DNA of 64,000 nt from an alpha proteobacterium SCGC AAA288-N07 (lineage in GTDB: Bacteria > Pseudomonadota > Alphaproteobacteria > Pelagibacterales > Pelagibacteraceae). A program made the position numbers and the translations under genes. The DNA lies in NCBI GenBank assembly GCA_000513055.1, contig AZYB01000001.1, forward strand, positions 4,715 to 68,714, in the 5' to 3' direction. The notes beneath the pieces were generated by a model. That model was not told the origin of the DNA, ran no database searches, and saw only the letters and a list, made by a program, of their open reading frames with translations. Positions 1-8,987 of this stretch are shown here, piece by piece (the stretch's first letter is position 1; each line of letters starts with the position of its first letter).

Positions 1-1
1 T

Positions 2-106
2 GGTTGGGGTTTAAGTTGGCAAGGACAACAGTTTATACTAGGTTTATTAATTATACCAATGGTAGCTCTATACGCTAGATCGCCACACATTAGATCGCAA
101 ATATAA
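2..106 (+). CDS. 3' end of a gene entering from the left edge; hydrophobic C-terminus, product unknown (probably a membrane protein)
   Basis: Frame 2 is open from the window edge to TAA at 104-106 (GWGLSWQGQQFILGLLIIPMVALYARSPHIRSQI*). Convergent with the MBL gene. Too short to identify. Confidence 0.3.
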   Translation, partial: GWGLSWQGQQFILGLLIIPMVALYARSPHIRSQI

Positions 107-144
107 ATGGAAGCAACAATTAATTTTTCTAAAAAAAATAAAAT

Positions 145-999
145 TTAATCGTAGTAAAACATAGGTGCTTTTTTCCAATCAAGCCAGGAAACTGGATCAT
201 GACCCCAAACGACTTTTGCATCGTGTTCTTTTGCTACCCTTCTTAATTTTTTAACTGATTCTGCTGCATCAGAAGAAGAAGAGGCAAGTCCAGGTAGACA
301 TTTATCACACCAATGATCTCCTGTATAACAAGCATCTCCAGTAAATAACATATGACCAGTTTTTGGAAGATTAACCAGTACAGATTGGTGACCAGGAGTA
401 TGTCCTGGTGTAAATATTAATTTTATAACTCCATCACCATACACATCATAAAAATCAGTTTTTCTAGCCTGCAAGAATTTCCAACGAATATTTGGTTTAT
501 CAAAATCTGCTCTGATATAGGCCGGACCAGAAAACCAATCAGGATTAAATGCATAATCGTATTCTAATCTTTGTGTAATATGAGTAGCATTTGGAAAATG
601 TCCTATTGCACCTGAATGATCTAGATGAAGATGAGTTTGTATCACGTACTTGATATCTTCAGGTTTTGTATTTACAGTTTTTATCATATCTCTACACCAT
701 TCTGATACTTTCATTACTGGGTCATAGGCTTCGACCACAGAACCCCAATGTTTATGTTTGTCAATAGCTGCTTCTATTGGCATTCCACCATCAATAATAA
801 CGTCACCCTCAGGATGTTTAATTAAAAACCATGGCACAGGTATTTCATAAGGTTCATCGCTGTGATTCATTTTTATAAATTTTAATTTCGTTTTAATTGA
901 TCCTGTTTGAAACATATATAACCTAATACCTGAATTAAATTTTTTAGTTTGTTCAAAAATGTCTTTGTTTTTTTCTTGCATAAATATCTGCTCTACCAA
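145..999 (-). CDS. MBL-fold metallo-hydrolase, lactonase-like (AiiA/AttM-type family)
   Basis: 284-aa ORF with the HxHxDH zinc signature (THLHLDHSG), plus TPGHTPGH and later GD/HD ligand-like positions. Last gene of the co-directional cluster. Start overlaps the ADH stop by 7 nt; the Met codon at 979-981 is an alternative start. Confidence 0.7.
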   Translation of the reverse strand: MVEQIFMQEKNKDIFEQTKKFNSGIRLYMFQTGSIKTKLKFIKMNHSDEPYEIPVPWFLIKHPEGDVIIDGGMPIEAAIDKHKHWGSVVEAYDPVMKVSEWCRDMIKTVNTKPEDIKYVIQTHLHLDHSGAIGHFPNATHITQRLEYDYAFNPDWFSGPAYIRADFDKPNIRWKFLQARKTDFYDVYGDGVIKLIFTPGHTPGHQSVLVNLPKTGHMLFTGDACYTGDHWCDKCLPGLASSSSDAAESVKKLRRVAKEHDAKVVWGHDPVSWLDWKKAPMFYYD

Positions 1000-2162
1000 G
1001 CTGCCTGATAAATGTTAAAAGCATCTGCTTCCTTTACTTCTCTCGGATTATTAACTAATAGCCTTGTTTGTTTCATTGCATCACGCGCCATTTTTTCACA
1101 CGCATTTTTTGGTATATCAACTTCCCTTAATTTTTGTGGCAAACCTAATCTCTTTGATAATTCTTCCATCCTGTCAATAAATTCCGCACTGACCGCTTGG
1201 GCTCCTCTATCAGTATTTAAATCTGGAAAAACATAAGGTGCTAGTTCGGCATAATCTTTTGCTGCTTTTGCATCAATACTGTTGAATCTGAGCACATAAG
1301 GTAAAACCAAAGAATTTGAAAGTCCGTGTGAAACATGAAAAGTTCCTCCTAAAGGATATGCTAGTGCATGGACAGCTGCGACCGGAGAGTTTGCAAAAGT
1401 TTTTCCAGCAAGCATTGCTCCAATAAGCATGTTGCCTCTAGCCTCAACATTGGAACCATCTGAAACTGCCGTTTCTATTGAACCTCCAAGCAATTTAAGC
1501 GCCTCTATTGCTAACATTTTTGATATCGGGTTATTATTTTTACTGGTTGAAGCGTATCCCTCAATGGCATGTACCATTGCATCAATACCAGTTGATGCTG
1601 TAGTTCCTGAGGGCAAGCCTAATGTAAGATCCGGATCTAAAATTGCCAAATCTGGTAAAATTATTGAAGACGATACTCCTTTTTTTTCTTCTTCTCCTAT
1701 TGTAATAATTGCAACAGGTGAAACCTCAGAACCTGTTCCTGCTGTAGTGGGAACTAAAACTAGTGGCAAACGAGGTCCTTTAGCGTTTTCAACTCCCCAA
1801 GCCAATTCTAAATCTTCGTTAGAACCAAGTATTAGCGCTACAAGTTTAGCAACGTCCATGGATGATCCTCCACCAAACCCAATAACACCCGTTGCATTAA
1901 ATTTCTTTCCAATTTCTATTGCTGATAAAAGAGTCTTTCGAGATGGATCTGCTTCAACTTCGTCAAATATCTCAACTGAACTAATTTTATTAAGTTCTTC
2001 TATGGTAGGTTTAGTCAATCCTAAAGACATCAAACCTTTATCTGTTATAAAAAGTATACGAAGACCAAGTTTTTTGGAAATTTCTTTACAAGAATCTTTT
2101 GCTTGACCACTACCAAACCGAAGGCCAGGCGTTGTGTTAAAATTAAAAGAATTTAAAGTCAT
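993..2162 (-). CDS. iron-containing (family III) alcohol dehydrogenase
   Basis: 389 aa. Has the glycine-rich GFGGGSSMDVAK nucleotide site and the conserved His-rich metal region (DAMVHAIEGY, HALAYPLGG, HVSHG) typical of Fe-ADH enzymes such as FucO and 4-hydroxybutyrate dehydrogenase. Only 6 nt after the symporter gene. Confidence 0.8.
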   Translation of the reverse strand: MTLNSFNFNTTPGLRFGSGQAKDSCKEISKKLGLRILFITDKGLMSLGLTKPTIEELNKISSVEIFDEVEADPSRKTLLSAIEIGKKFNATGVIGFGGGSSMDVAKLVALILGSNEDLELAWGVENAKGPRLPLVLVPTTAGTGSEVSPVAIITIGEEEKKGVSSSIILPDLAILDPDLTLGLPSGTTASTGIDAMVHAIEGYASTSKNNNPISKMLAIEALKLLGGSIETAVSDGSNVEARGNMLIGAMLAGKTFANSPVAAVHALAYPLGGTFHVSHGLSNSLVLPYVLRFNSIDAKAAKDYAELAPYVFPDLNTDRGAQAVSAEFIDRMEELSKRLGLPQKLREVDIPKNACEKMARDAMKQTRLLVNNPREVKEADAFNIYQAAW

Positions 2163-2168
2163 AATTTT

Positions 2169-4235
2169 TTATACAAAATAAATATAGAATATCACCGAAA
2201 ATATTGCCATTCCTACAAGGATCAATATCCAACCATAGCCTGTTCCAACCTTGTCGATATAATTAACTTCTCCCTGAATTTCATCTGGCTTTTTATAAAG
2301 ATCATTTGCTAGAATTGGTTTGTTGGGCAAGGTTGATAAATCCATTTTGCTAGCTAGAAACCAAATTATTCCTATACCAAAAAGCCACCAAATAAGTTGA
2401 TATCCCCAAATAGAAGGTATTTTAAGAATCCAAGCTTCATAACCCGCTCCAGGCTCTCCAAAAAAATCATTCCCAATTATTTGTCCTGGTCCAACTGCAA
2501 AAAAAAGCCAGATCAAAACAATTACATAAGCAAAGGATCTTAGCTTTGTTCTGCTTGGATGAAGGCCCATATGATCATCTAAAAAATCATGAAACTTTTG
2601 TCTATGAGATCTATAAATATCAATTTTTGTAATATTAGAAAAAGCAGAAATAGAAAAACAAACAAACACATTAAATAACAATCCCCATACTCCAGAGTGT
2701 ATTGTTAGCGGCCATCTTCCCCAGGGCAACCTGTTACCAGTAATTTGTTGTCCTATAGTTTCTGTTAAAATAACTATAATTATTCCAATAATTAATCCAA
2801 ATGTTGCCGCTCCTTTTGTTATCCAAGGAAACCAAATTAGGCCTAGTAAAACAATTAAAAACTGGAATGCTATAGAAATTGCTATGCCACTAAAAATCAC
2901 CATTGCCGGTTTAGCAAATGTTGCTATATAAAGTGAGGCCAAAAATATTAACATCATTATTATACGAGCGACCGCACGTTCCTTTTCCCAACTTACGTTT
3001 TGATTAACATAAACTTTATATAAATCTCTTGTGACAATACTTCCGGATGTCATTAAAAGTGCGGCGGATGTTGACTGGAGAGCTGCAATCAATCCTACTC
3101 CTAACAAACCAGTTAACCAGACAGCATGCTTATCCATTAAGCTTATAATGTGATAAATTATTAGGGAGTGATCCTTATTAGAAACTTCTGGCAATAAAGT
3201 ATTTACAGAAAGACCGCTATTATTGATATCTGCATTGGCCCCTAGTAAACTTGCTCCAATTCCTTGATATGTTGTAAATATAAATAATAATAAACCTACA
3301 ATAACAGCAGATCCCCAAATCTGATAATAAGAAAAAGCTTTTGGATGTTTTACAGAATAACTCCACATAGAAAAAGAAGGCGAAAGAACTATTCCCATAA
3401 ATGAAATTGTAAAAGTAAAAATCATCATTGCTGTCCAAGGGCCACCCACTGCTTCATTCTTTCCTAGTCCTGCCACCCATTGAATGACACCTGGCAAAGC
3501 AAAATAGCTATTATAATCACCACCTCCATAGCCATTGGTGTTTCCCCAACTGCTTACTGATGTGCTGGCTATTTTTGCTAATGATTTACCAAAAGTTTCA
3601 ATATCTCCTACAAAAAAATAAACAATAATTCCCAAAAGAATTATAGTTAAAAAATAAAGCCAAGATTGAACCACCCCTATACTGACAATAGATTTAAATC
3701 CTCCCCTTGTTACATAAAACAAAACAATTAAAGAAATCACCCACATACTAAGTTCTCTAGAAACATATCCTGCTGTTAATGTGTTTACTAAATAGCCTGT
3801 AGCACCAAAAAAAACTGCTAATAGAGGTATTGCTATAAATAAAGTTACCAATACTGAAATAACACGAATTGTATCACTTTTATAATAATCATAATACATT
3901 TCGCCCGGCGTAATATATCCAAACTTTCTACTTAACATCCATTGTCTTTTAAAAAAAAATACACTTCCTAAAGGAACAGTTATGGCAATAAAAGCTGTAC
4001 CGACATACTGAAAACCATCGTGAAAAACAAGACTAGTTTGAGATATTACTGTTAGTCCGGCAAATGTGGCGGTAGTGGCTGCGAAAAAAAAAACCCATGA
4101 AGAAATATTTTTGTTTGCTAAATAATATCTTTCTGGATTTTCAGAATTATATCTTGATCCCCTTACGCCCCAAAAAAAACAATAAACAGCGTACAACAAT
4201 AAAAAAATAAATAACCAAAGAGTTTTTTCGGACAT
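2169..4235 (-). CDS. sodium:solute symporter (SSS) family transporter with a C-terminal membrane extension
   Basis: 688 aa and strongly hydrophobic throughout. The first ~520 aa resemble SSS-family proteins (e.g. TRGGFKSIVSIGVVQS). A further ~160 aa contain 3-4 additional hydrophobic helices. Confidence 0.7.
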   Translation of the reverse strand: MSEKTLWLFIFLLLYAVYCFFWGVRGSRYNSENPERYYLANKNISSWVFFFAATTATFAGLTVISQTSLVFHDGFQYVGTAFIAITVPLGSVFFFKRQWMLSRKFGYITPGEMYYDYYKSDTIRVISVLVTLFIAIPLLAVFFGATGYLVNTLTAGYVSRELSMWVISLIVLFYVTRGGFKSIVSIGVVQSWLYFLTIILLGIIVYFFVGDIETFGKSLAKIASTSVSSWGNTNGYGGGDYNSYFALPGVIQWVAGLGKNEAVGGPWTAMMIFTFTISFMGIVLSPSFSMWSYSVKHPKAFSYYQIWGSAVIVGLLLFIFTTYQGIGASLLGANADINNSGLSVNTLLPEVSNKDHSLIIYHIISLMDKHAVWLTGLLGVGLIAALQSTSAALLMTSGSIVTRDLYKVYVNQNVSWEKERAVARIIMMLIFLASLYIATFAKPAMVIFSGIAISIAFQFLIVLLGLIWFPWITKGAATFGLIIGIIIVILTETIGQQITGNRLPWGRWPLTIHSGVWGLLFNVFVCFSISAFSNITKIDIYRSHRQKFHDFLDDHMGLHPSRTKLRSFAYVIVLIWLFFAVGPGQIIGNDFFGEPGAGYEAWILKIPSIWGYQLIWWLFGIGIIWFLASKMDLSTLPNKPILANDLYKKPDEIQGEVNYIDKVGTGYGWILILVGMAIFSVIFYIYFV

Positions 4236-4251
4236 TTAATCCTTTTTAAAT

Positions 4252-4620
4252 TTAGGTACAACGCCTTGGTGCTGATTCACCTCGCTCTTTTTTAATTCTT
4301 TCTGCTTCTTTCTGTGCCGTTTCAATTGAAGGAAAAACTTTATCTTCGTACAAAATAAATGGTTTAGCTCTGTCAGCATTAAGTTGGGCTACGCACCATT
4401 CTTTACCAGGTTTAGTACACATTACCATGTATGCCCCTGGTATCGGACCGTATTTTCTATTATTTAAAACAAAAAGACATTCTGCAAGATCATTAAGTTT
4501 GTCTTTATCCAAATTGTTTAAAGCAATTTTTTCTAAATCATTTATGGAAGTGACGTTATCAGAACCAAGTATTCCTTTACCGTCGGTACCAGTTGGTCTA
4601 CTTATTTCTACTTTTGACAT
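4252..4620 (-). CDS. small protein, possible second (paralogous) dimethylformamidase small-subunit-like protein
   Basis: 122 aa. Its ATG overlaps the stop of the large-subunit gene (TAATG at 4618-4622). The C-terminal half (PIPGAYMVMCTKPGKEW...KPFILYEDKVFPSIETAQKEAERI) aligns loosely by eye with the C-terminal half of the 138-aa protein at 7000-7416. Confidence 0.45.
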   Translation of the reverse strand: MSKVEISRPTGTDGKGILGSDNVTSINDLEKIALNNLDKDKLNDLAECLFVLNNRKYGPIPGAYMVMCTKPGKEWCVAQLNADRAKPFILYEDKVFPSIETAQKEAERIKKERGESAPRRCT

Positions 4621-6977
4621 TATGGTAATGGCCCTTCCTTTAAAAATCCTCTAATTGCGTTTTCTAAAATTTTAGATACGTTATTGTTGTAATTATTGTA
4701 AGATAAACTTCCACACCATGATAATGATCCAGGTGCGAACAAAGCTCCATCTTTTGGTGTTTTATAGTAAATCATATCAGCTCTAACCATTGGGTTTTCA
4801 GTACCTCCTCCATAAAAACCTCTCACTGAAAAATGAATTTCTTCATTAACTTGTAGCATTAAGTTTGTATGATTTTCAGATCTTGCTAATAAATAAGCGT
4901 TGTGTGGTGTTCCAAAATCTAAATCATATCTATCTAATTCAAGACCAGCTGCTCCACCTCCTACTAGACCAAAATCTCCTATTATTTCGTCTTCTCCCAC
5001 GCCTTCAAAAATCCACGAACATTCTGGTCTCTTACTATCTGGTTCTCTTTTATAATATGAAGAAACATCAAATCCATAAGCAGTAAATGTTAAACCACAT
5101 ACTTTTGAAGGTATTCTTCCACGCGCACGCCACATACCACCATATTTTCCATCAAAAGCATTATTGTATTCCCCGGGATTTGCTGTCCAAGCTCTTGTTC
5201 CGGCTTCACCTTTTCTTACCTCAATAATATTTGTATTGTCCGGGTGATATTCACTAATCCAATAAAAACCATCTGAACCTAAATATATCCATCTCCCACC
5301 GTTTAATTGATAGGACTCATATGCTGCTAACATTTTTTCAGAACTATATTCTGGATGTGAACCAGTTAGTACACATTGGTAACGATTCAACAAATCAACA
5401 CCTTCTATATGTAAATCTTCATCAGTAACAACATCAAAATCAAAATTCTTTTCCTCTAACCAATCAGTTAAATGTAGGTCTGCATTTAATTGCCATAAAG
5501 ATGGAGATAACCAGTGTCTATATTTTGGTCTCATATTAAGTATAGGTCTTAATCTTGAAGAAATAGCTACACCAGTTCCATCAGAGTGTTTTGAATAAGT
5601 TGATAGTCCATATTCTCTGTGTTCATTAAGATACAAATCTGAAGCTGCTAAAACTGGAACCTTTCCAGCAAGTAATTGAGCAACTACTGAATTTGTTCCT
5701 AGGTTGTCGTTTGAATAAGCCATATAACTATTTGAAGGAAGTACGAATAAAAGTTTTGAAGTTGTTTTACCTTTTGGTGGTTTTATTACAAAAGGAACAA
5801 AATCTTCGGTCTCAGGAGAATCTTCTCCATTAATTCTTAACCTTGCAGCATAAACTCCACTTTTAATAAGGTCTGGAATATCAAAAGTAAAATCAACTTC
5901 CCATCTTGCATCATCTATGTCGTCATCGTGAAAATGAATTGCTCCATATTCTTCGGGTTTGTGGTGATATACCATCTCATCTGCAGTCCAATTATATCCT
6001 GTCATTCCTCTATTAGGTAAATTAATAATAAAACCATTTAGGTGATTTGAAGTTGTGTCAATTATAAAAGTAGAAGCTATATTTTTAGTAATATTTGCGT
6101 GAAAATCCCAAGCGCCAATAACTTCAGATCTTAACTCTGATGTGCAACCACCATAACCTCTTGCTAAAGATTCGATCTCAGCTTTTGATAGAGCTTTTCT
6201 ACTTAGTCTTGGTCTATCAATCTTTCCATTGTAAGTTAAAGTTTGTTCTGGTAATTCGACTGGTACAGTAGCTTCTTTGTAATGTCCTCCTTGAATATGT
6301 CTTCCTGTACGATCTACAAGAGTACATGCGGCCATTAAAAAAGGCGTCATGTTTGCTCGTGGTTTTAAATTGCTCGTTGTTTCAACAACAGAAGTAGTTT
6401 CATCAGCCGGGTGCAACAAAGACATTCCCAATCCACCATTTGTGGGTGTAACGCAAGGTTCTTGATAAAGTTTTACTTTTCCTGTTTCAGCATCATAGCT
6501 TACTGCAATAAGGTACCAGACTTTGGCCATTAATTTTTTTTCACTAGACAAATTTGTAACTTGTCCAGCTCCATCACCTATCATTACTGAAAGACAAGCT
6601 TTTTCATCAATAAAAAGGCCATAACCACTTTTTTCAGTTTCATTCCATTTTGTTAAAAGACCTTGCTTTCCTTTATCCGGAGTTGTTGGAAATATATATG
6701 CCTGCAAGGTAAAGCTTTTTGCATTTAATCTTTCGTCATGAGGGATAACAACATAAGATCCTCCATGGATTCTTTGGTTTCTTCCTTTATAGGTTTTATT
6801 ACATTGTGCTCCAGTTTCCTCTTCTTTGTATCCTGGTCCTTCCGGGTTTGTATCTCCATGAATTAATCTTATAATTTGAACATCATAATCTTCATTTTTT
6901 TCAGAATTAATATAAAACTTAACTTTTTCTCCAGGAAACGCAGAGTATTTGTCGCTGTAGCCAGTAATTCTTAACAT
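4620..6977 (-). CDS. N,N-dimethylformamidase large (beta) subunit-like amidohydrolase
   Basis: 785 aa. Full-length resemblance to my recollection of DmfA2: N-terminal RLIHGDTNPEGPGYKEE, then WDFHANI, EEYGAIHFHDDDIDDARWE, LTGSHPEYSS, GLVGGGAAGLELDRYD and C-terminal SLSWCGSLSYNNYNNNVS. Confidence 0.8.
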   Translation of the reverse strand: MLRITGYSDKYSAFPGEKVKFYINSEKNEDYDVQIIRLIHGDTNPEGPGYKEEETGAQCNKTYKGRNQRIHGGSYVVIPHDERLNAKSFTLQAYIFPTTPDKGKQGLLTKWNETEKSGYGLFIDEKACLSVMIGDGAGQVTNLSSEKKLMAKVWYLIAVSYDAETGKVKLYQEPCVTPTNGGLGMSLLHPADETTSVVETTSNLKPRANMTPFLMAACTLVDRTGRHIQGGHYKEATVPVELPEQTLTYNGKIDRPRLSRKALSKAEIESLARGYGGCTSELRSEVIGAWDFHANITKNIASTFIIDTTSNHLNGFIINLPNRGMTGYNWTADEMVYHHKPEEYGAIHFHDDDIDDARWEVDFTFDIPDLIKSGVYAARLRINGEDSPETEDFVPFVIKPPKGKTTSKLLFVLPSNSYMAYSNDNLGTNSVVAQLLAGKVPVLAASDLYLNEHREYGLSTYSKHSDGTGVAISSRLRPILNMRPKYRHWLSPSLWQLNADLHLTDWLEEKNFDFDVVTDEDLHIEGVDLLNRYQCVLTGSHPEYSSEKMLAAYESYQLNGGRWIYLGSDGFYWISEYHPDNTNIIEVRKGEAGTRAWTANPGEYNNAFDGKYGGMWRARGRIPSKVCGLTFTAYGFDVSSYYKREPDSKRPECSWIFEGVGEDEIIGDFGLVGGGAAGLELDRYDLDFGTPHNAYLLARSENHTNLMLQVNEEIHFSVRGFYGGGTENPMVRADMIYYKTPKDGALFAPGSLSWCGSLSYNNYNNNVSKILENAIRGFLKEGPLP

Positions 6978-6999
6978 ATTAACCTTTCAATAATAGTAA

Positions 7000-7416
7000 T
7001 CATTCTCCGTACTTTTCTAAAAGTTCCAAAATTCTTTTTAAAAAAATTGCGTGCTCACAGGCTTCTTCTGAAGAGAAAGGATCGTTTAAAATTTTTACAG
7101 GTTGACCTCTTACTCCACTGCAAACTCCAATCCTGTAATCTTTAAAATCTTTTTTGCATACAGTTATGTATTTTCCAGCCATTGGTTGTCTTCTTAATTT
7201 GTCTAAAACAGTTCTTAATTCTTTGCTATGTTCAACTCCTGGCTGTCCTTTATGAAGTGCAGGAGCTTTACCAACTGGGCATGCTCTATGTTCTTCAATT
7301 AATCGATTTCTGGTTTTTTCATCTCTTAATAAAGGCAAGACATATTTGCGAGTTATAAAATCATCCGTACTTGTATGTCCTTGATTTAATTGTACTCCCG
7401 TTTTATCTTTAGTCAT
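7000..7416 (-). CDS. N,N-dimethylformamidase small (alpha) subunit-like protein
   Basis: 138 aa, located 22 nt upstream of the large-subunit gene as in dmfA1-dmfA2 operons. The C-terminal region QPMAGKYITVCKKDFKDYRIGV...FSSEEACEHAIFLKRI matches the pattern I recall for DmfA1 (QP..G.Y.I....W..YRI...F.tEEEA.HA.FLrRI). Confidence 0.6.
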   Translation of the reverse strand: MTKDKTGVQLNQGHTSTDDFITRKYVLPLLRDEKTRNRLIEEHRACPVGKAPALHKGQPGVEHSKELRTVLDKLRRQPMAGKYITVCKKDFKDYRIGVCSGVRGQPVKILNDPFSSEEACEHAIFLKRILELLEKYGE

Positions 7417-7431
7417 TATTACTCTCCAAAA

Positions 7432-8286
7432 TTACTTGTTGGTCCTTTCTTTAATAATTTTTAACGCTTCCATTAAATAAACACGAAATACTTCATGATT
7501 TTCGCTCATTGGAAAATGTCCTATATCAGTCATTTCTATATAAACTCCTCCTTTTATTTGTCGGGCTGTATTTTCAGTTGCTTCTGGAGGTGTTAGATAA
7601 TCATATGTTCCTGTTAACATAACAACAGGACACTTATGTCCATCAATATTTTTTAATTCTTTTCTTAGATCATGATCAACTGAGTAAAAATATAAATCTC
7701 CCTTAAATGCTTCTGAGCCTTGAGTATAATAGTGCCAAGTCAACCATCTGTCTTTTTCTGGTGATTGTGGTGCCATAAGGTCCCATGTTCCACTTGCACA
7801 AACTTGAGCCGCATTTGCATGAGGATGACGCCACCAATCCAAATAAAAACCAGGAGCATAATCTGCTGCCTCTACTGGTATGACTGCTCTAAATTTATTT
7901 GGATAACGCAAGGCTAATTGTAAAGCTACATTTCCACCAAAAGAAGAACCCATAAAAATAGGTTTTTGCAAACCTAAGGCTTCACATAATTTTAGAATAA
8001 AATTACAATAATGTTCAGCTGTTAATTTGTATTCTTCCTTCCACCATTCTTTGTTATGTGGGGGATCTGACTTTCCATGTCTTGGTAAATCGTAAGCAAT
8101 AACATTGTAGTCTTTAGTAATTTCTTTATCTTCAAGTAAACCTCTCCATTGATGATTGTGACATCCAGCTGTATGTTGGCAAATTAAAGGTATTCCTTTT
8201 CCATTTTGTAAATAGAAAACCTTATATTCACAATCATCAACTTCAATCGTAACATAGCGGCCTACGACTTCGTGATGCACTACCAT
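7432..8286 (-). CDS. alpha/beta-fold hydrolase
   Basis: 284 aa. Nucleophile elbow GSSFGG (GxSxG), a candidate acid in LTGTYDY and a candidate His in DIGHFP. Size and layout are typical of the alpha/beta hydrolase fold. Confidence 0.75.
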   Translation of the reverse strand: MVVHHEVVGRYVTIEVDDCEYKVFYLQNGKGIPLICQHTAGCHNHQWRGLLEDKEITKDYNVIAYDLPRHGKSDPPHNKEWWKEEYKLTAEHYCNFILKLCEALGLQKPIFMGSSFGGNVALQLALRYPNKFRAVIPVEAADYAPGFYLDWWRHPHANAAQVCASGTWDLMAPQSPEKDRWLTWHYYTQGSEAFKGDLYFYSVDHDLRKELKNIDGHKCPVVMLTGTYDYLTPPEATENTARQIKGGVYIEMTDIGHFPMSENHEVFRVYLMEALKIIKERTNK

Positions 8287-8317
8287 TATAATGCTCCTTT
8301 TAATTCAAAATAATTCA

Positions 8318-8707
8318 TTAAACTGGTACTCCTATTTTTCTTAGTAATTCAAACTGAACAGTAAAATTTCTTAAATTTTTCATTAAAATCAAATGATTGC
8401 CCTCAATTTTTAAATCTCTTAAAAAACTTGCAGCCCATATTCCGTGATACATTGGTTTTGGAACGGGTTGCCCAAATTCTTTCCAAGTTTTTGCAGAAGC
8501 TCTAAGAGCAAAATCATAAGGATCCAAAGGTGATGGTTTCGTATTTATGTTTTTAACTTTGCCATCATGCATTTCGATAATTGCTTTTGCATTTTCCATA
8601 TCGAACATAAAGGAACAAGTATAATATTTTGCCATAGCCTTAATAGTTTCATCGCTATTAGTAACCTCTTCATATTTCTTTGCCCAATTATCTAACTCAC
8701 TACTCAT
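8318..8707 (-). CDS. SCP2 (sterol/lipid carrier)-like small protein
   Basis: 129 aa. Overall pattern resembles SCP-2 sterol-transfer domains (alpha-rich N-terminus, FDM...II.M.DGKV, ...LKIEGN..L..KL). Called by eye only. Confidence 0.4.
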   Translation of the reverse strand: MSSELDNWAKKYEEVTNSDETIKAMAKYYTCSFMFDMENAKAIIEMHDGKVKNINTKPSPLDPYDFALRASAKTWKEFGQPVPKPMYHGIWAASFLRDLKIEGNHLILMKNLRNFTVQFELLRKIGVPV

Positions 8708-8722
8708 AATATTTTACTTTCG

Positions 8723-8987
8723 TTACTTAGAACTTTTGCTTCCTTTAGTTGGATCTTTATCAAAATTCATATGATAATCTTTTTTAGGATTTTCATAATC
8801 GCCAAGAATATTTCTGATATTGCTTATCTCTCCAGGATGCATGCCAATTTCTTTAAGCAAATGATCTAGAAATGGTTGGTGTGCTCTATAACGTAATGCA
8901 GAACTAACTACGCTATCTGCTAAATTGCCACTTCTTCCAGATCCACCACCTTGAGTGCCTGCAGTTACTGCTTCACCACTGCCCCCC
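8723..8987 (-). pseudogene. out-of-frame C-terminal continuation of the flotillin gene
   Basis: The listed 126-aa ORF (8723-9103) overlaps the flotillin 3' end in another frame. From the G6 run onward it encodes a Gly-rich linker followed by NLADSVVSSALRYRAHQPFLDHLLKEIGM. This looks like the usual YqiK/flotillin C-terminus rather than an independent protein. Confidence 0.6.

Noticed and set aside
1012-2106. Plus-strand ORFs of 74 aa and 225 aa inside the Fe-ADH gene
   Set aside because: They are antisense shadows of a well-supported minus-strand gene. Their products are low-complexity (Ser/Pro/Ala-rich) with no recognisable motifs.
3220-3438. 72-aa same-strand alternative-frame ORF inside the symporter gene (and likewise 11188-11379 inside the rhodopsin gene)
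   Set aside because: Both are embedded in longer ORFs with clear family resemblance, and nothing supports overlapping genes.
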